Shown: piece by piece, positions 24,951-35,799 of the stretch
Numbering within the stretch: the first letter of the stretch is position 1
Layout of the letters: each line of letters starts with the position of its first letter
Origin: Puniceicoccales bacterium
Lineage (GTDB): Bacteria > Verrucomicrobiota > Verrucomicrobiia > Opitutales > JAIRLM01
Assembly (NCBI GenBank): GCA_031282835.1
Contig: JAITCU010000022.1
Coordinates: forward strand, 1,587-65,586
Direction: 5' to 3'
Length of the DNA stretch: 64,000 nt
Translations under genes and position numbers: made by a program
Notes under the pieces: model-generated
The model's input: only the letters and a program-made list of their open reading frames with translations
What the model was told of the DNA's origin: nothing
The model's database searches: none

Positions 24951-25931
24951 TCACATGTACTCGTCCACCTTCATCCCGAGTGAAAGGCCCAACTCTTCCA
25001 GGCGGTTGCGGATCTCTGTGAGTGACTTTTTCCCAAAATTACGGTAGTGCAGCATCTCCGATTCCGTTTTAACGGCCAGTTCTCCGACGGTCAGAATATT
25101 GGCATTGTTTAGACAGTTTGCTGCACGCACGGAAAGCTCGATCTCATTCACACTCATGCGCAACAACTTCTGTAGCCGATTGTGTTCGGAACCGTCCTTC
25201 CGCTCAACCTGTTGAAATTCAGCGGCTTCTGCCGAAAGATTATCGAAGACCTTGAGATGAAGCCGCAGGATGGCAACCGCCTCGGCAAGGGCGTCCTCCG
25301 GCGAAATCCGTCCATCCGTGGTAATCTCAAGGACAAGTTTCTCAAACTCTGTTGCTTGTCCAACGCGCGTGCTTTCTACGGAATATTTGACGAGGCGGAC
25401 GGGACTAAACGCGGAATCTAGCGGAATGCCACCGTCAATGTTATCCAGAACTTTATTCTCGTCGGAAAGGCGGTACCCGCGTCCTCGATTCAGACGCATT
25501 TCCGCCCAAAAGCTTTTTGCGTCATCCAAATGGCAGATGACATGGTCCGGGTTGAGGATTTCAACCCCCGTGGGGACCGAAATGTCCCGTGCCTGGACAA
25601 CGGATTTTCCCGATACGTTAACCGATAGGATCTGGCTCTCCCGGATGTCCGATTTGAACAGGACCCGTTTTAGATTAATGATGATCTCGACCACGTCCTC
25701 GACAATGCCAGGGATGGTCTGAAACTCGTGCTGGGCGTCGCAAATTTTAACGTTCGTTAGCGCGGTTCCTTCAATGGCGCCCAGGAGAATCCGCCGCAGC
25801 GCGTTGCCGATGCTGTGGCAAAAACCTGCCTCAAACGGTTCGGCAACGAACATCGCATACGTATCCGTTGCCGTATGCTCCACCTTTGTTAGCCGGTTCG
25901 GTAACTCAAAACTTCCTAATTTCCGTGCCAT
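24951..25931 (-). CDS. rpoA: DNA-directed RNA polymerase subunit alpha
   Basis: FVAEPFEAGFCHSIGNALRRILL and the C-terminal domain ELSVRAANCLNNANILTVGEL. GGAG lies upstream of ATG 25931. Confidence 0.93.
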   Translation of the reverse strand: MARKLGSFELPNRLTKVEHTATDTYAMFVAEPFEAGFCHSIGNALRRILLGAIEGTALTNVKICDAQHEFQTIPGIVEDVVEIIINLKRVLFKSDIRESQILSVNVSGKSVVQARDISVPTGVEILNPDHVICHLDDAKSFWAEMRLNRGRGYRLSDENKVLDNIDGGIPLDSAFSPVRLVKYSVESTRVGQATEFEKLVLEITTDGRISPEDALAEAVAILRLHLKVFDNLSAEAAEFQQVERKDGSEHNRLQKLLRMSVNEIELSVRAANCLNNANILTVGELAVKTESEMLHYRNFGKKSLTEIRNRLEELGLSLGMKVDEYM

Positions 25932-25943
25932 CTTTTTCTCCAA

Positions 25944-26552
25944 CTAGCGACTATAAAATTCGACGACAATTTGTTCGTTGAACCCGTGTGTAATTTCGTC
26001 CCGCCCTGGCACGCGGTTGATTTTGCATTGCAACTCATTCGCATCCACCTGCATCCAGGCGGGAACGGTCCGATAGCGGGTATCTTCCAAGTTGCGCATT
26101 ACCAAGTGGCGGGATGCATCTGCTTGGTAAACATCAACTTGATCGCTTGCCCGGCAGGCATAGCTGGCAATATCAACCTTGTGGCCGTTCACACGGACGT
26201 GACCGTGGTTGACCATTTGCCGTGCGGCCCGCCGGGTTTTCGCGAATCCCGACAGGTACACGACGCTGTCCAAGCGCATTTCAAGGAGCTGGAGGAATAT
26301 TTCACCAGTTACTCCTTTTTGCCGTTTTGCCCTGGCAAAAAGCAATTGGAACTGCTTTTCCGTGAGACCGTAAAGAAGTCGTAACTTCTGTTTTTCGTTG
26401 AGTCCCAGGGAATAATCCGTTACCTTGCGGCGGAGTTTGGGACCGTGGATACCGGGGGGGTAGGCGCGCCGTTCAAAGGCTTTATTGGCAGGAAAGATGG
26501 CCGTGCCAAAGCGGCGGTTGATGCGCGTCTTAGGACCTGTGTAGCGTGACAT
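25944..26552 (-). CDS. rpsD: 30S ribosomal protein S4
   Basis: MSRYTGPKTRINRRFG...LEMRLDSVVY. GGAGG lies upstream of ATG 26552. Confidence 0.93.
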   Translation of the reverse strand: MSRYTGPKTRINRRFGTAIFPANKAFERRAYPPGIHGPKLRRKVTDYSLGLNEKQKLRLLYGLTEKQFQLLFARAKRQKGVTGEIFLQLLEMRLDSVVYLSGFAKTRRAARQMVNHGHVRVNGHKVDIASYACRASDQVDVYQADASRHLVMRNLEDTRYRTVPAWMQVDANELQCKINRVPGRDEITHGFNEQIVVEFYSR

Positions 26553-26580
26553 TTTTTTACCTCCAATTTCAGTCCGATTC

Positions 26581-27108
26581 TCATGCCCGACGCGGCTTTT
26601 TGGGCCGGCAGCCATTGTGAGGCAACGGAGTAACGTCCATGATACTATTTACCTGCAAACCAACGGATTGCAAAGCCCGCACCGCCGCATCCCGGCCGAG
26701 TCCGGGACCCTTGATGCGAACATCGATTTCTTTTAATCCGTGGGACATGGCTGTCCGCGCCGCGTCCTGTACGGCAACTTGCGCCGCATAGGCGGTCGAT
26801 TTGCGCGAGCCACGGAAATTGTTCTTCCCGGCACTGGACCAGGAAATTACCGCGCCGGCCTTGTCGGAAAAAGAAACCTTCGTGTTATTGAAAGTTGCCA
26901 AAATGTGACAAATGCCATAGGCCACGTTCTTACTTTTCTTGGCTCGGCGGATTTTCACGTCGCCATCTAACTCGCTGCGTAATAGATCCGCAGCCGTCAA
27001 CTGCCCCGGCCGGGACTCCCTTGTGGTCGCTTCGCCCGTATCGTTCGAGACCTGCTCGACAGCCACGTCATTTTCACCCGCGGCCGAAGTCTTATCACCC
27101 CTGGTCAT
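26581..27108 (-). CDS. rpsK: 30S ribosomal protein S11 (with a ~45-aa N-terminal extension)
   Basis: [56 protein letters not shown]. Confidence 0.9.
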   Translation of the reverse strand: MTRGDKTSAAGENDVAVEQVSNDTGEATTRESRPGQLTAADLLRSELDGDVKIRRAKKSKNVAYGICHILATFNNTKVSFSDKAGAVISWSSAGKNNFRGSRKSTAYAAQVAVQDAARTAMSHGLKEIDVRIKGPGLGRDAAVRALQSVGLQVNSIMDVTPLPHNGCRPKKPRRA

Positions 27109-27130
27109 ATGAATCGTTTCCTACAAAATC

Positions 27131-27508
27131 CTATTCCTTGCTGCGCACCACACCAACGGTCTTCCGCGCACCCTTCCGTGTTCGCGCATTGGTGGAGGTC
27201 CGCTGCCCCCGCACGGGAAGTCCCCGATAATGGCGGAGCCCGCGGTAGCAACGGATGCTCTGCAGACGCTTGATGTTGGCAACCACGTCCCGGCGCAGGT
27301 CACCCTCCACCTTGTAGCCCTTGTCCACGCAGATGGCCATGATCCTATTAATATCTTGCTCCGTCAACGCATCCGAGCGCATGGCCGGATCGAACCCGGC
27401 TTCCGCAACGATGGCGTCCGCGCGCGTCGGCCCAATGCCATAGACATAGCGCAGGGCAAAGGCCACTTTCTTTTTATTCGGAATGTCCACACCAAATATT
27501 CGCACCAT
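27131..27508 (-). CDS. rpsM: 30S ribosomal protein S13
   Basis: [30 protein letters not shown]. Confidence 0.93.
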   Translation of the reverse strand: MVRIFGVDIPNKKKVAFALRYVYGIGPTRADAIVAEAGFDPAMRSDALTEQDINRIMAICVDKGYKVEGDLRRDVVANIKRLQSIRCYRGLRHYRGLPVRGQRTSTNARTRKGARKTVGVVRSKE

Positions 27509-27555
27509 AATTCAATCCCACCAAATTACTCTCTCACCGCTCCCGTTGTCCGTAC

Positions 27556-28329
27556 TCAAGAAACAACCCCATACCTTGTCAAGATTTCAGGCGCATCTTT
27601 TGTCACCAAAACCGTATGCTCAAAATGAGCCGCGTATTTCCCATCCGCGGTTCGCACCGTCCACCCATCCGTGTCGACGGAAATCTTTTCGCTTCCCAGC
27701 ATAAACATCGGCTCAATGGCCAGGGTCATACCTGCCTTGAGCAGGGGTCCAGTTCCTTTTTGGCCGTAATTGGGAATGCTGGGCTCTTCGTGCATATCTC
27801 TACCGACGCCATGGCCGACTAATTCCCGCACGATGCCCAACCCGGCCTCGTCGGCGCAGCATTGCACCGCAAAGGAGATATCCCCGACATGATTCCCTTC
27901 GATGGCCTGCTCAATTCCCGCATACAGAGCCCGTTCGGTCACATCCAAAAGTTTTTTCACGTCATCGGAAATCTCTCCAACGGGCACTGTACGCGTGGAA
28001 TCGCCCATAAATCCCCCGTACTGGGCAACGAAGTCCAAACTGACGATATCGCCGGATTGGATCTTCCGCTTTTTGCTGGGGATGCCGTGCACAATTTCGT
28101 CATTGAGAGACACACATATGTGCGCCGGAAACGGCCTCGAGCGGCCAGGGTAGTCATAGCACGCGCCGACGGCATTGCGGGCCTTCAGAGCTTCAATGGC
28201 CAATTGGTCCAGGTCCCAAGTTGTCACACCAGCCTTAACGGCAGCACAAATTTCCCCGAGGATGTCGGCGGTGATACGACCCACCTTCCGCATGGCTTCA
28301 ATTTCCCCGCTGTTCTTTATTCTAATCAT
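27556..28329 (-). CDS. map: Methionine aminopeptidase, type I
   Basis: MIRIKNSGEIEAMRKVGRI...GHGVGRDMHEEP...AIEPM..AHFEHTVLVT. Start refined to ATG 28329. Confidence 0.92.
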   Translation of the reverse strand: MIRIKNSGEIEAMRKVGRITADILGEICAAVKAGVTTWDLDQLAIEALKARNAVGACYDYPGRSRPFPAHICVSLNDEIVHGIPSKKRKIQSGDIVSLDFVAQYGGFMGDSTRTVPVGEISDDVKKLLDVTERALYAGIEQAIEGNHVGDISFAVQCCADEAGLGIVRELVGHGVGRDMHEEPSIPNYGQKGTGPLLKAGMTLAIEPMFMLGSEKISVDTDGWTVRTADGKYAAHFEHTVLVTKDAPEILTRYGVVS

Positions 28330-28340
28330 GATTACGCGTC

Positions 28341-29846
28341 CTAGCAGTGGTGCCGAAAGATCCAAGATAAAATACCGATCGCCATGAGGACCGTCGGGGT
28401 CAACCAGAGCAGGCGCAACGCCCGCGCATCCCCATCACTCGCAGTGGATTGCGGTCCCTGCCGCCGGGACCCGGGGGAATATTTGAGAAATCCATCGTAG
28501 TTTTTTTGTACTAGGTAGGTTTCAACCTGTTTCATCATTTCGAGGAGAACGCCGACGGTTATGAGCGTGCCCGTGCCGCCGAACAACAACGCCGCGCCGT
28601 AGGGAATGTGCAGCGAAAAATAAAGAAAGTCTGGGAACACTGCCACCAATGTCAAAAATACCGCGCCAGCGAAGGTCAGCCGCGTCATGGTGAAACCCAG
28701 AAATTGTGCCGTTGCCGCTCCGGGGCGTATACCCGGAATATATCCCCCACTTTTTTTAAGGTCGTCGGCCACCTGCACCGGGCGGAACATCATGGCCACC
28801 CACAGGTAACTGAATGCGAAGATGAGTACGGCATAGAGCGTGTAATATACCATTGATCCCTGGGATAGGTGAAACGATACGCCCTGGAAGAATTGGATTC
28901 CAGTGGCACCGCCCAGATAGGCGAAAATTTGTTGCGGAAAGAGCAATAGCGCACTGGCAAAAATAATGGGCATGACCCCAGAGTAATTAATTTTAAGTGG
29001 CAAAAACGAACTGGTTCCGCGGTACATGCGGTTGCTGATCACCCGATTGGCACGCTGCACGGGAATCTTTCGTTGCCCCTGGGTCATGGCGATCATGGCC
29101 AGGATAACCGCGAGTAGGAGCGCCACCATGCCCGCGAGGGTTACCGCTGCGATGGTGAGATTATGTCGCGATTGGTACGCGGTCGCGAAAAACTGTACCA
29201 ACTGCGCCAAGCTGCGCGGAAAGGACGACAAAATGCCGACGACGATCAGGAGCGATATGCCGCTGCCGATGCCTCTCTGCGAAATTTGATCGCCGATCCA
29301 CACTAAAATCATCGTTCCCGCGGTTAGGAATACCATTGAGGACAAGAGGAAAGCCCGCTTGCCCGCGATTACGACGCTGCCATAGCGCGCGGGATCAAAA
29401 TTGGGGAACAGGCGGCCGGGGTAATTGGCCAACGCCGCCGCCAGCAGAACGCCCTGGACAACGCAAATGAGCAGGGTTAAATAGCGAGTATACATCGCGA
29501 TGCGGTGCCGGCCTACCTCGCCCTCCTGCTGCAACTTCGCCAATGATGGCATCACGATGCCCAAGATCTGCATGACGATCGAGGCGCTGATATAGGGCAT
29601 GATTCCCAAGCCAAAGATGGCTCCTTTTAGCAGGGCTCCGCCAGTGAACATGTTGTACAAGCCGATGAGCCCACTCCCTTTCGCCGCCGCCGCCTGGTCG
29701 GCGAAAAAAATTTGCAGCGGACGTGGGTCGACGCCCGGCAGGGGAATGTTGGCCCCGATCCGAGCAATAAAAACCAACACCAGCGTGAAGAAAATGCGCT
29801 GGCGCAGCTCCGGAATGCGCAAAAATCTCCTGATTGCTTCGAGCAT
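28341..29846 (-). CDS. secY: Preprotein translocase subunit SecY
   Basis: LRQRIFFTLVLVFIARIGANIPLPGV...GIMPYISASIVMQIL. Start refined to ATG 29846. Confidence 0.93.
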   Translation of the reverse strand: MLEAIRRFLRIPELRQRIFFTLVLVFIARIGANIPLPGVDPRPLQIFFADQAAAAKGSGLIGLYNMFTGGALLKGAIFGLGIMPYISASIVMQILGIVMPSLAKLQQEGEVGRHRIAMYTRYLTLLICVVQGVLLAAALANYPGRLFPNFDPARYGSVVIAGKRAFLLSSMVFLTAGTMILVWIGDQISQRGIGSGISLLIVVGILSSFPRSLAQLVQFFATAYQSRHNLTIAAVTLAGMVALLLAVILAMIAMTQGQRKIPVQRANRVISNRMYRGTSSFLPLKINYSGVMPIIFASALLLFPQQIFAYLGGATGIQFFQGVSFHLSQGSMVYYTLYAVLIFAFSYLWVAMMFRPVQVADDLKKSGGYIPGIRPGAATAQFLGFTMTRLTFAGAVFLTLVAVFPDFLYFSLHIPYGAALLFGGTGTLITVGVLLEMMKQVETYLVQKNYDGFLKYSPGSRRQGPQSTASDGDARALRLLWLTPTVLMAIGILSWIFRHHC

Positions 29847-29850
29847 GACC

Positions 29851-30324
29851 CTACACCGCGCCAACCTCGGCTGCCTTCCTGACCTTTTCAATGATGATTG
29901 CTCGTCCACCCGCCCGAGCGATCGCTGCCGCGGCACCCTCGGAAAATTGCTCCGCACTGATGGTCATAGCTGCCGGGAGCTCCTCATTGCCAATGATTTT
30001 GATTTCTTTCGTACCGCTACGGACCACGCCCTTCTCGATGAGAACTTCCAAGTTAAACTCAAGAATTCCACGTTCGATGAGCGGTAACAGACGTCTTAGA
30101 GTCACGTGCGTTCGCTCACGCCGGAATCGGAAGTTGGAAAACCCGCGTATGGGCAATTTGCGATACCAGGGAATTCCCGAGGTAACTGGCGACACGCGAT
30201 AGCCAGAACGCGCCTTGGCTCCCTTGTTTCCCTTTCCGGCCGTCTTACCCAATCCAGAACTTTCCCCGCGTCCGACGCGCTTTTTTTTCCGGTTAAACGA
30301 TTTTGGCATTTCGTGCAGTTTCAT
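29851..30324 (-). CDS. rplO: 50S ribosomal protein L15
   Basis: KKKRVGRGESSGLGKTAGKGNKGAKARSG. Confidence 0.92.
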   Translation of the reverse strand: MKLHEMPKSFNRKKKRVGRGESSGLGKTAGKGNKGAKARSGYRVSPVTSGIPWYRKLPIRGFSNFRFRRERTHVTLRRLLPLIERGILEFNLEVLIEKGVVRSGTKEIKIIGNEELPAAMTISAEQFSEGAAAAIARAGGRAIIIEKVRKAAEVGAV

Positions 30325-30338
30325 GGCCCGGTTGTCCC

Positions 30339-30887
30339 CTAGGAATTTTTGTTATGACTCTTGCCGCGGAGGGCGAGAATGGTCTCGTAGGTGCGTAATT
30401 GCCCGAGGGCGTTCATGGTGGCGCGCACCGTTGCCAACGCGTTGTTGGAGCGCATGGACTTGGACAGAATGTTCTTCGCGCCAAACGCTTCCAAAACCGC
30501 GCGAATGCCACCACCGGCGATGAGCCCTGTTCCCGGAGATGCCGGCCGAAGCAGTACGCGGCCACCGTCCGCTAAACCAATAACCCCGTGGGGGATGGTG
30601 CCATCCTTTAGCGCAAACGGTTGCATGCCGTTGCGCGCGTGGTCCGTTGCCTTACGTACCGCTTCCGGAACTCCATTGGCTCGGCCATAGCCCACTCCGA
30701 CGCTGCCATTTCTGTTGCCAACGACAACGAGGGCGGAAAAACTAAATCGGCGGCCGCCGCTGACGACCTTCGAACACCGGCCAATGTGAACGACCTTCTC
30801 GAACAGCGAATCATCGAAGGGGCGCTCCCGCCTGTCCCGATTATCCCGGTCCCGGGCTCTAAATTCTCTCCTGGGTTTTGAGTTCAT
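30339..30887 (-). CDS. rpsE: 30S ribosomal protein S5
   Basis: VVHIGRCSKVVSGGRRFSFSALVVVGNRNGSVGVGYGRANGVPEAVRKA. Start refined to ATG 30887. Confidence 0.92.
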   Translation of the reverse strand: MNSKPRREFRARDRDNRDRRERPFDDSLFEKVVHIGRCSKVVSGGRRFSFSALVVVGNRNGSVGVGYGRANGVPEAVRKATDHARNGMQPFALKDGTIPHGVIGLADGGRVLLRPASPGTGLIAGGGIRAVLEAFGAKNILSKSMRSNNALATVRATMNALGQLRTYETILALRGKSHNKNS

Positions 30888-30889
30888 AG

Positions 30890-31252
30890 CTAAAATTCCA
30901 AACCTGCCTGCCGGGCCGCATCCGCGAATGCCTTTACGCAACCATGATACCGCTTTGGTCCCCGATCAAAGACAACGGAGGCGATTCCCTTGGATTGCGC
31001 CAGTTGCCCAAATGCCGCACCCAAAACCGTCGCGCCCGCCACATTTGCCCGCACGCCATTGGTTCCCATTCCCTCCGCAAGGGAGGACAGCGCAACCAGC
31101 GTGTGACCAACGGTGTCATCGATGCATTGGGCGTAAATATGCTTATTGGAAAAATGTACGCTCAACCTGGGACGTTGCGGGGCCCCGGCCACGCGAGCCC
31201 TCACCCGCCACCGCCTCCGTTGCGCCTGTTGTACTTTTTGAACGAGTTTCAT
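30890..31252 (-). CDS. rplR: 50S ribosomal protein L18
   Basis: RPRLSVHFSNKHIYAQCIDD...VVFDRGPKRYHGCVKAFADAARQAGLEF. Confidence 0.92.
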   Translation of the reverse strand: MKLVQKVQQAQRRRWRVRARVAGAPQRPRLSVHFSNKHIYAQCIDDTVGHTLVALSSLAEGMGTNGVRANVAGATVLGAAFGQLAQSKGIASVVFDRGPKRYHGCVKAFADAARQAGLEF

Positions 31253-31261
31253 AGCACCTCA

Positions 31262-31801
31262 CTAAGCCGTTTTCTTACCTTCCTTGCGCCGCACGAATTT
31301 GCCAACGATACGGACGCCTTTGCCTTTATAGGGCTCGACGGGATAAAATCGGCGAATGTCCGCCGCCACCTGTCCCACCAATTGCTTATCCATGCCCTCC
31401 ACGCGAATTTTTACACCATCTGCCACGGTCACCTTGATTCCCGCGGGAATTTGATATAGAATCGGGTGGCTTTTCCCAAGGGCCAGGTCCAAGACATTGC
31501 CCTTCAATATGGCCTTGAACCCGACTCCAGATATTTCCAGGTCCTTCATGAAGCCGCTCATGACACCATGAATCATGGCGTTTAGAATGGACTTGATCGT
31601 ACCCGTTGTTGCCTGTGCCCGGCGGCCATCATCAGCGGGCTTTACCCACACCTCGCCGGCTTCGCCCCTTTGGACAACCACACAGGGAGGAAAGTCCTTC
31701 TCCAGTTGTCCTTTGGGGCCTTTGACGATCATGCGCATATTCGCAATCTCCACACTGACGCCGGATGGCACATGAATTGGTGTCTTTTCAGCCCTGCTCA
31801 T
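31262..31801 (-). CDS. rplF: 50S ribosomal protein L6
   Basis: MSRAEKTPIHVPSGVSVEI...VGQVAADIRRFYPVEPYKGKGVR. Confidence 0.92.
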   Translation of the reverse strand: MSRAEKTPIHVPSGVSVEIANMRMIVKGPKGQLEKDFPPCVVVQRGEAGEVWVKPADDGRRAQATTGTIKSILNAMIHGVMSGFMKDLEISGVGFKAILKGNVLDLALGKSHPILYQIPAGIKVTVADGVKIRVEGMDKQLVGQVAADIRRFYPVEPYKGKGVRIVGKFVRRKEGKKTA

Positions 31802-31818
31802 TTTATATTCCTCCTAAT

Positions 31819-32211
31819 TTACCACACTTTGCAAATTAGCTCGCCACCAACGTTTTGCCGGCGCGCCTCCGCATCCCGCATGATCCCACGGGAGGTGGAC
31901 AAAATGCCGACGCCCATGCCGTTGAGCACGCGCGGGATCTCTGCCGACCGATAGTACAGCCGGCGACCCGGAGTGCTGCAGCGCTCGATTTGGACGATGG
32001 GCGACCGGCCCTCTCCGTCGTAGCGAAGCGTAATCTTCAAATGTCGGAGACATTTATTGCATGAAAAACTCTCGAAGTCAACAACATAACCAGTATTTTT
32101 GAGAATTTGCAAAATTCCCTCACGCATCTTGGAGTAGGCTACCACGCAAGAATCCCTTTGCGCCCGGACGGCGTTGCGGAGGATCGTCAAAAAATCACCA
32201 ATCGTATCCAT
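31819..32211 (-). CDS. rpsH: 30S ribosomal protein S8
   Basis: DTIGDFLTILRNAVRAQ...GVGILSTSRGIMRDAEARRQNVGGELICKVW. Confidence 0.92.
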   Translation of the reverse strand: MDTIGDFLTILRNAVRAQRDSCVVAYSKMREGILQILKNTGYVVDFESFSCNKCLRHLKITLRYDGEGRSPIVQIERCSTPGRRLYYRSAEIPRVLNGMGVGILSTSRGIMRDAEARRQNVGGELICKVW

Positions 32212-32223
32212 ATTCCAACTCCT

Positions 32224-32529
32224 TTACCACGAAGCCTTTGTCACACCGGGGATGTATCCACCGGCGACCATTTCCCGCAAAACCAATCGGGAAACGCCAA
32301 AGCGCCGGTGCACCCCCCGCGAGCGTCCGGTAATTGAACAACGATTGCGCACACGAACCTTACACGAATTCCGTGGAAGCTCGGCAAGCGCCCGCTGCGC
32401 CTGGAAAAACTCGCCATCGCCGGTTGCCGGATCGGCTAGGATTTTCTTCAACTCCTGCCGCCGGGCGGCGTATTTTTCAACCATCCGGATCCGCTTCGCA
32501 TTACGTTCCACTGACGACTTCTTTGCCAT
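32224..32529 (-). CDS. rpsN: 30S ribosomal protein S14 (long form)
   Basis: [24 protein letters not shown]...[27 protein letters not shown]. Confidence 0.92.
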   Translation of the reverse strand: MAKKSSVERNAKRIRMVEKYAARRQELKKILADPATGDGEFFQAQRALAELPRNSCKVRVRNRCSITGRSRGVHRRFGVSRLVLREMVAGGYIPGVTKASW

Positions 32530-32543
32530 AAAATCCCTACAAC

Positions 32544-33128
32544 CTAAGTTTCTTGCGTCTCCACCACCTGCCGGCGCTTTTGAAACGGCATGCCGAGCGC
32601 CTCCAGCAGTTCATGGCATTCCTTGTCGGAATCCGCGTTTGTTACGAACGTGATATCCATCCCGACGCTCTTGCGTTCCCGATCCACGCCAACTTCCGGG
32701 AAAATGCTATCATCTTGAATGCCAAGTGTATAATTCCCACGCCCGTCGAACTTTGCCCGCAGGCCGCGGAAGTCACGAATCCTCGGCAGGGCGACGGAAG
32801 TAAGCCGGTAGACGAACTCGTACATGATATCACCTCGGAGGGTTACTTTGACGCCGTTTGGAACGCCAGCCCGTAGTTTGAAATTAGAAATACTTCTTTT
32901 GGAAAGGATGGTAATTGGTTTTTGGCCAGCGATCAGGCCAACCTCCTTTATTACTTCCTCGATTCGCGCTTTATCGCTTTCGGCGTTGATCGCGGAATTG
33001 ATAATAACCTTCACCAGCTTTGGCACACGGTGCACATTTTTGCACGCCATGTGACTCAGGAGATTTTTCGCAATAACATCAATATAATACCGCTTAAGAG
33101 CCGGAATCTTTCGATCTATTGTGCCCAC
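32544..33128 (-). CDS. rplE: 50S ribosomal protein L5
   Basis: [13 protein letters not shown]...[26 protein letters not shown]. Confidence 0.92.
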   Translation of the reverse strand: MGTIDRKIPALKRYYIDVIAKNLLSHMACKNVHRVPKLVKVIINSAINAESDKARIEEVIKEVGLIAGQKPITILSKRSISNFKLRAGVPNGVKVTLRGDIMYEFVYRLTSVALPRIRDFRGLRAKFDGRGNYTLGIQDDSIFPEVGVDRERKSVGMDITFVTNADSDKECHELLEALGMPFQKRRQVVETQET

Positions 33129-33187
33129 GTCAATACCCTGTCCTTTCGCTGAAGCTCACAAACACGTGTGCGCCTGTCAACCCGAAA

Positions 33188-33430
33188 TCACTCACCTTTT
33201 GTAACCCCTTCGATCTTTCGCACATTGGAATAGTGGATGGGCATTTCCCGTTCCAAAATCGCGCCATCCGGATGCTCCGGACACTTGCGGACACATTTTT
33301 TCCGCACGTTCACGCCAAAGACGGTAACGCGCATGTCTCCGAGCGAGACCTTTAGCACCTCCCCGCGCTTTCCCTTGCTTTCCCCGGAAATTACCTCAAC
33401 CTGATCGCCCACTTTGATTCTCTGCTTCAT
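33188..33430 (-). CDS. rplX: 50S ribosomal protein L24
   Basis: [28 protein letters not shown] (KOW motif). ATG 33430 overlaps the rplN stop (TGATG). Confidence 0.9.
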   Translation of the reverse strand: MKQRIKVGDQVEVISGESKGKRGEVLKVSLGDMRVTVFGVNVRKKCVRKCPEHPDGAILEREMPIHYSNVRKIEGVTKGE

Positions 33431-33795
33431 CACAAAACCTCCGGTGCCAGGGAAATTATTTTTGTAAACTTTTTTTGGCGTAATTCGCGGGCGATGGGGC
33501 CAAAAACGCGCGTCCCTTTTGGATTGCCCTTCTCGTCAATGATGACGCAGGCATTGGTATCAAATCGCAGGTAACTCCCATCCATGCGGCGGATGGGAAA
33601 TTTGGTCCGGACGATGACCGCTTTTGCCACGGATCCCTTCTTAATCGCGGCATCCGGTGTGCTGTCCTGAATGGCCACGACGATGACATCTCCCACGCGC
33701 GCCGTCCGTTTATTTTGCCCCAAGCGGCGAATCATCTTCGCCGATTTTGCCCCGGTGTTGTCGGCAACTTCTAAAACGCTTTCCTGCTGCAACAT
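33430..33795 (-). CDS. rplN: 50S ribosomal protein L14
   Basis: [26 protein letters not shown]. Confidence 0.93.
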   Translation of the reverse strand: MLQQESVLEVADNTGAKSAKMIRRLGQNKRTARVGDVIVVAIQDSTPDAAIKKGSVAKAVIVRTKFPIRRMDGSYLRFDTNACVIIDEKGNPKGTRVFGPIARELRQKKFTKIISLAPEVL

Positions 33796-33799
33796 GGCA

Positions 33800-34087
33800 T
33801 TACCCTCCGACTAAACCGGTCGCAGCCTTCCGCACAATGGACACCACGCGCCACCGCTTCATCTTGCTCAACGGGCGGACCTCGGCGATCTCAACGCCAT
33901 CACCCACCTGGCATTCGTTCTTTTCATCGTGCGCGTGGACGACGGTCTTGCGCTTGACCTCTTTTAAATACTTAGGATGTGGGACCTTGTAAGAATACGC
34001 CACTTTAACGCTTTTGTCTCCGGAACGGCTGACCACTTCGCCCGTCAGCGACTTGCGCATTTTCCTCTGTTGCACGTTCGTGTTCAT
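33800..34087 (-). CDS. rpsQ: 30S ribosomal protein S17
   Basis: [45 protein letters not shown]. Confidence 0.92.
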   Translation of the reverse strand: MNTNVQQRKMRKSLTGEVVSRSGDKSVKVAYSYKVPHPKYLKEVKRKTVVHAHDEKNECQVGDGVEIAEVRPLSKMKRWRVVSIVRKAATGLVGG

Positions 34088-34314
34088 TTTTGAACTCCAC
34101 TTTCCATGTCGCGGATCCGCTGATTCGCCACGGTTTTCATTCGCGCGATCGCCCGGCGCAATTGCCTAAACTGGTGCGTTTTATCCACCTGCCCGGTTTT
34201 TCTCCTAATACACAGGCGCAGGAGCTGCTGCTGTGCGGACAAAAGTTCCTTGCCCAACGCATCGCCCGCCAACGCCCTAACTTCCGCAATTTTCACCGTA
34301 AAACTCCCCCACAA
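34084..34314 (-). CDS. rpmC: 50S ribosomal protein L29
   Basis: KIAEVRALAGDALGKELLSAQQQLLRLCIRRKTGQVDKTHQFRQLRRAIARMKTV. The start may be GTG 34296 rather than TTG 34314. Confidence 0.88.
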   Translation of the reverse strand: MWGSFTVKIAEVRALAGDALGKELLSAQQQLLRLCIRRKTGQVDKTHQFRQLRRAIARMKTVANQRIRDMESGVQK

Positions 34315-34320
34315 ACGCCC

Positions 34321-34743
34321 CTAGGCGTATTCGTCCCGCATCACCAATCGGCAGCCGAATGGGACCTTCGCATCCGCCAGTCGCATGGCCTCGCGGGCGA
34401 TGGTTAGCGAAACCCCGGACACCTCAAAAAGAATGTTGCCCGGACGGACGACCACGGCCCAAAACTCCACAGCGCCCTTGCCCTTTCCCATGCGCGTTTC
34501 CGCCGGTTTTTTCGTTACCGGCTTTTGCGGGAAAACCCGCGTCCACATCTTGCCTTTCCGTTTAAGATGCCGATTGATTGCCACACGCGCCGCTTCCAAT
34601 TGCGAGGCGGTCATCAATCCCCTTTCCAAGGCCTGGATGCCGAAATCACCGAAGGTCAACTCCGTGCCGCCCTTGGCATTGTGCCGGTTACGCCCCTTAT
34701 GTACCTTGCGGTATTTCGTTTTTGCTGGTAATAAATTTGCCAT
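34321..34743 (-). CDS. rplP: 50S ribosomal protein L16
   Basis: [36 protein letters not shown]. Confidence 0.93.
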   Translation of the reverse strand: MANLLPAKTKYRKVHKGRNRHNAKGGTELTFGDFGIQALERGLMTASQLEAARVAINRHLKRKGKMWTRVFPQKPVTKKPAETRMGKGKGAVEFWAVVVRPGNILFEVSGVSLTIAREAMRLADAKVPFGCRLVMRDEYA

Positions 34744-34777
34744 ACTTGCTCCCCGGCAGCCCCCTCATGCCTGATTG

Positions 34778-35419
34778 TCAACGGCTTTGGACTTCCTTTT
34801 CCTTCGGCCTGCAGATCCAACACTTCACGCCGATTTTCCCATAAACCGTATCCGCCTCCACCAGCGCGTAGTCAATGTCCTCCCGCAGCGTATGAAGCGG
34901 AACGCGGCCCACCCGTTGTACCTCCGTGCGCGCAATATCAGCACCGCCCAAACGTCCAGAGCACTGCACCTTAACCCCCTGGGCTCCGGCGCCCATCGTC
35001 ACCTGAACCGCCTTTTTGGTGGCGCGGCGGAAGGAGATGCGCCGCTCCAGTTGCTGGGCGACATTCTCCGCCACCAGCTTGGCCACGAGCTCCGGACGTT
35101 TAACCTCCTGAATGTCAATAATTACCGGATGCCCGGTCATTTTCTGTAATTTCCCGCTTAGCGTATCCAGATCATGGCCGCGGCGGCCGACGACCAGTCC
35201 AGGCCGGGGCGTATAAATTTTGATGCGAATTCGTCCACCCGCCCGCTCGATGAAAATCTTCGAAACAGAGGCGTACTTGAGCGTCTTCTTCAAAAACTGC
35301 CGGATGTCAAAATCCTCCTTAAGCCACAGGGGGTAGTTCCGCTTGCTGCCGTACCAGCGCGAAACCCAATCCCGGCGGATGGGCAGTCGGAAGCCGATTG
35401 GATTAACTTTTTGTCCCAT
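34778..35419 (-). CDS. rpsC: 30S ribosomal protein S3
   Basis: MGQKVNPIGFRLPIRRDWVSRWY. Start refined to ATG 35419, which overlaps the rplV end by 17 nt. Confidence 0.92.
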   Translation of the reverse strand: MGQKVNPIGFRLPIRRDWVSRWYGSKRNYPLWLKEDFDIRQFLKKTLKYASVSKIFIERAGGRIRIKIYTPRPGLVVGRRGHDLDTLSGKLQKMTGHPVIIDIQEVKRPELVAKLVAENVAQQLERRISFRRATKKAVQVTMGAGAQGVKVQCSGRLGGADIARTEVQRVGRVPLHTLREDIDYALVEADTVYGKIGVKCWICRPKEKEVQSR

Positions 35420-35768
35420 ATAACTGATCCTTCGAAAATAAGTTAACCCGTATGTTGCTTGTGCGCTTGCGGATGGGATGCGCGGATCCACGTGCCGCGG
35501 GAATGTGCCGGTGGAACGCGGGGCCTTCCTCAATAATCACGTTATCGATGACGAGCCGGTCCACGGAAACCCCAAAATTGTTTTCCGCATTTGCGATCGC
35601 GCTGTCCAAGACCTTCCCGATGAGCCGTGCGGACTTACGCGGGACAAACCGCAATTTTTCCCGACCGGTCGTGGCCATCTGGTCTTTTAGCACACGTGCC
35701 ACCTGCCGCAACTTAAGCGGCGACATTCGCGCGTGGCGGTGCACCGCCGTGTACATTTTTAATAGCAT
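35403..35768 (-). CDS. rplV: 50S ribosomal protein L22
   Basis: HRHARMSPLKLRQVARVLKD...EGPAFHRHIPAARGSAHPIRKRTSNI. Confidence 0.92.
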   Translation of the reverse strand: MLLKMYTAVHRHARMSPLKLRQVARVLKDQMATTGREKLRFVPRKSARLIGKVLDSAIANAENNFGVSVDRLVIDNVIIEEGPAFHRHIPAARGSAHPIRKRTSNIRVNLFSKDQLYGTKS

Positions 35769-35799
35769 AACACCGTGTCCTCAGTATATTTTGTTCCGT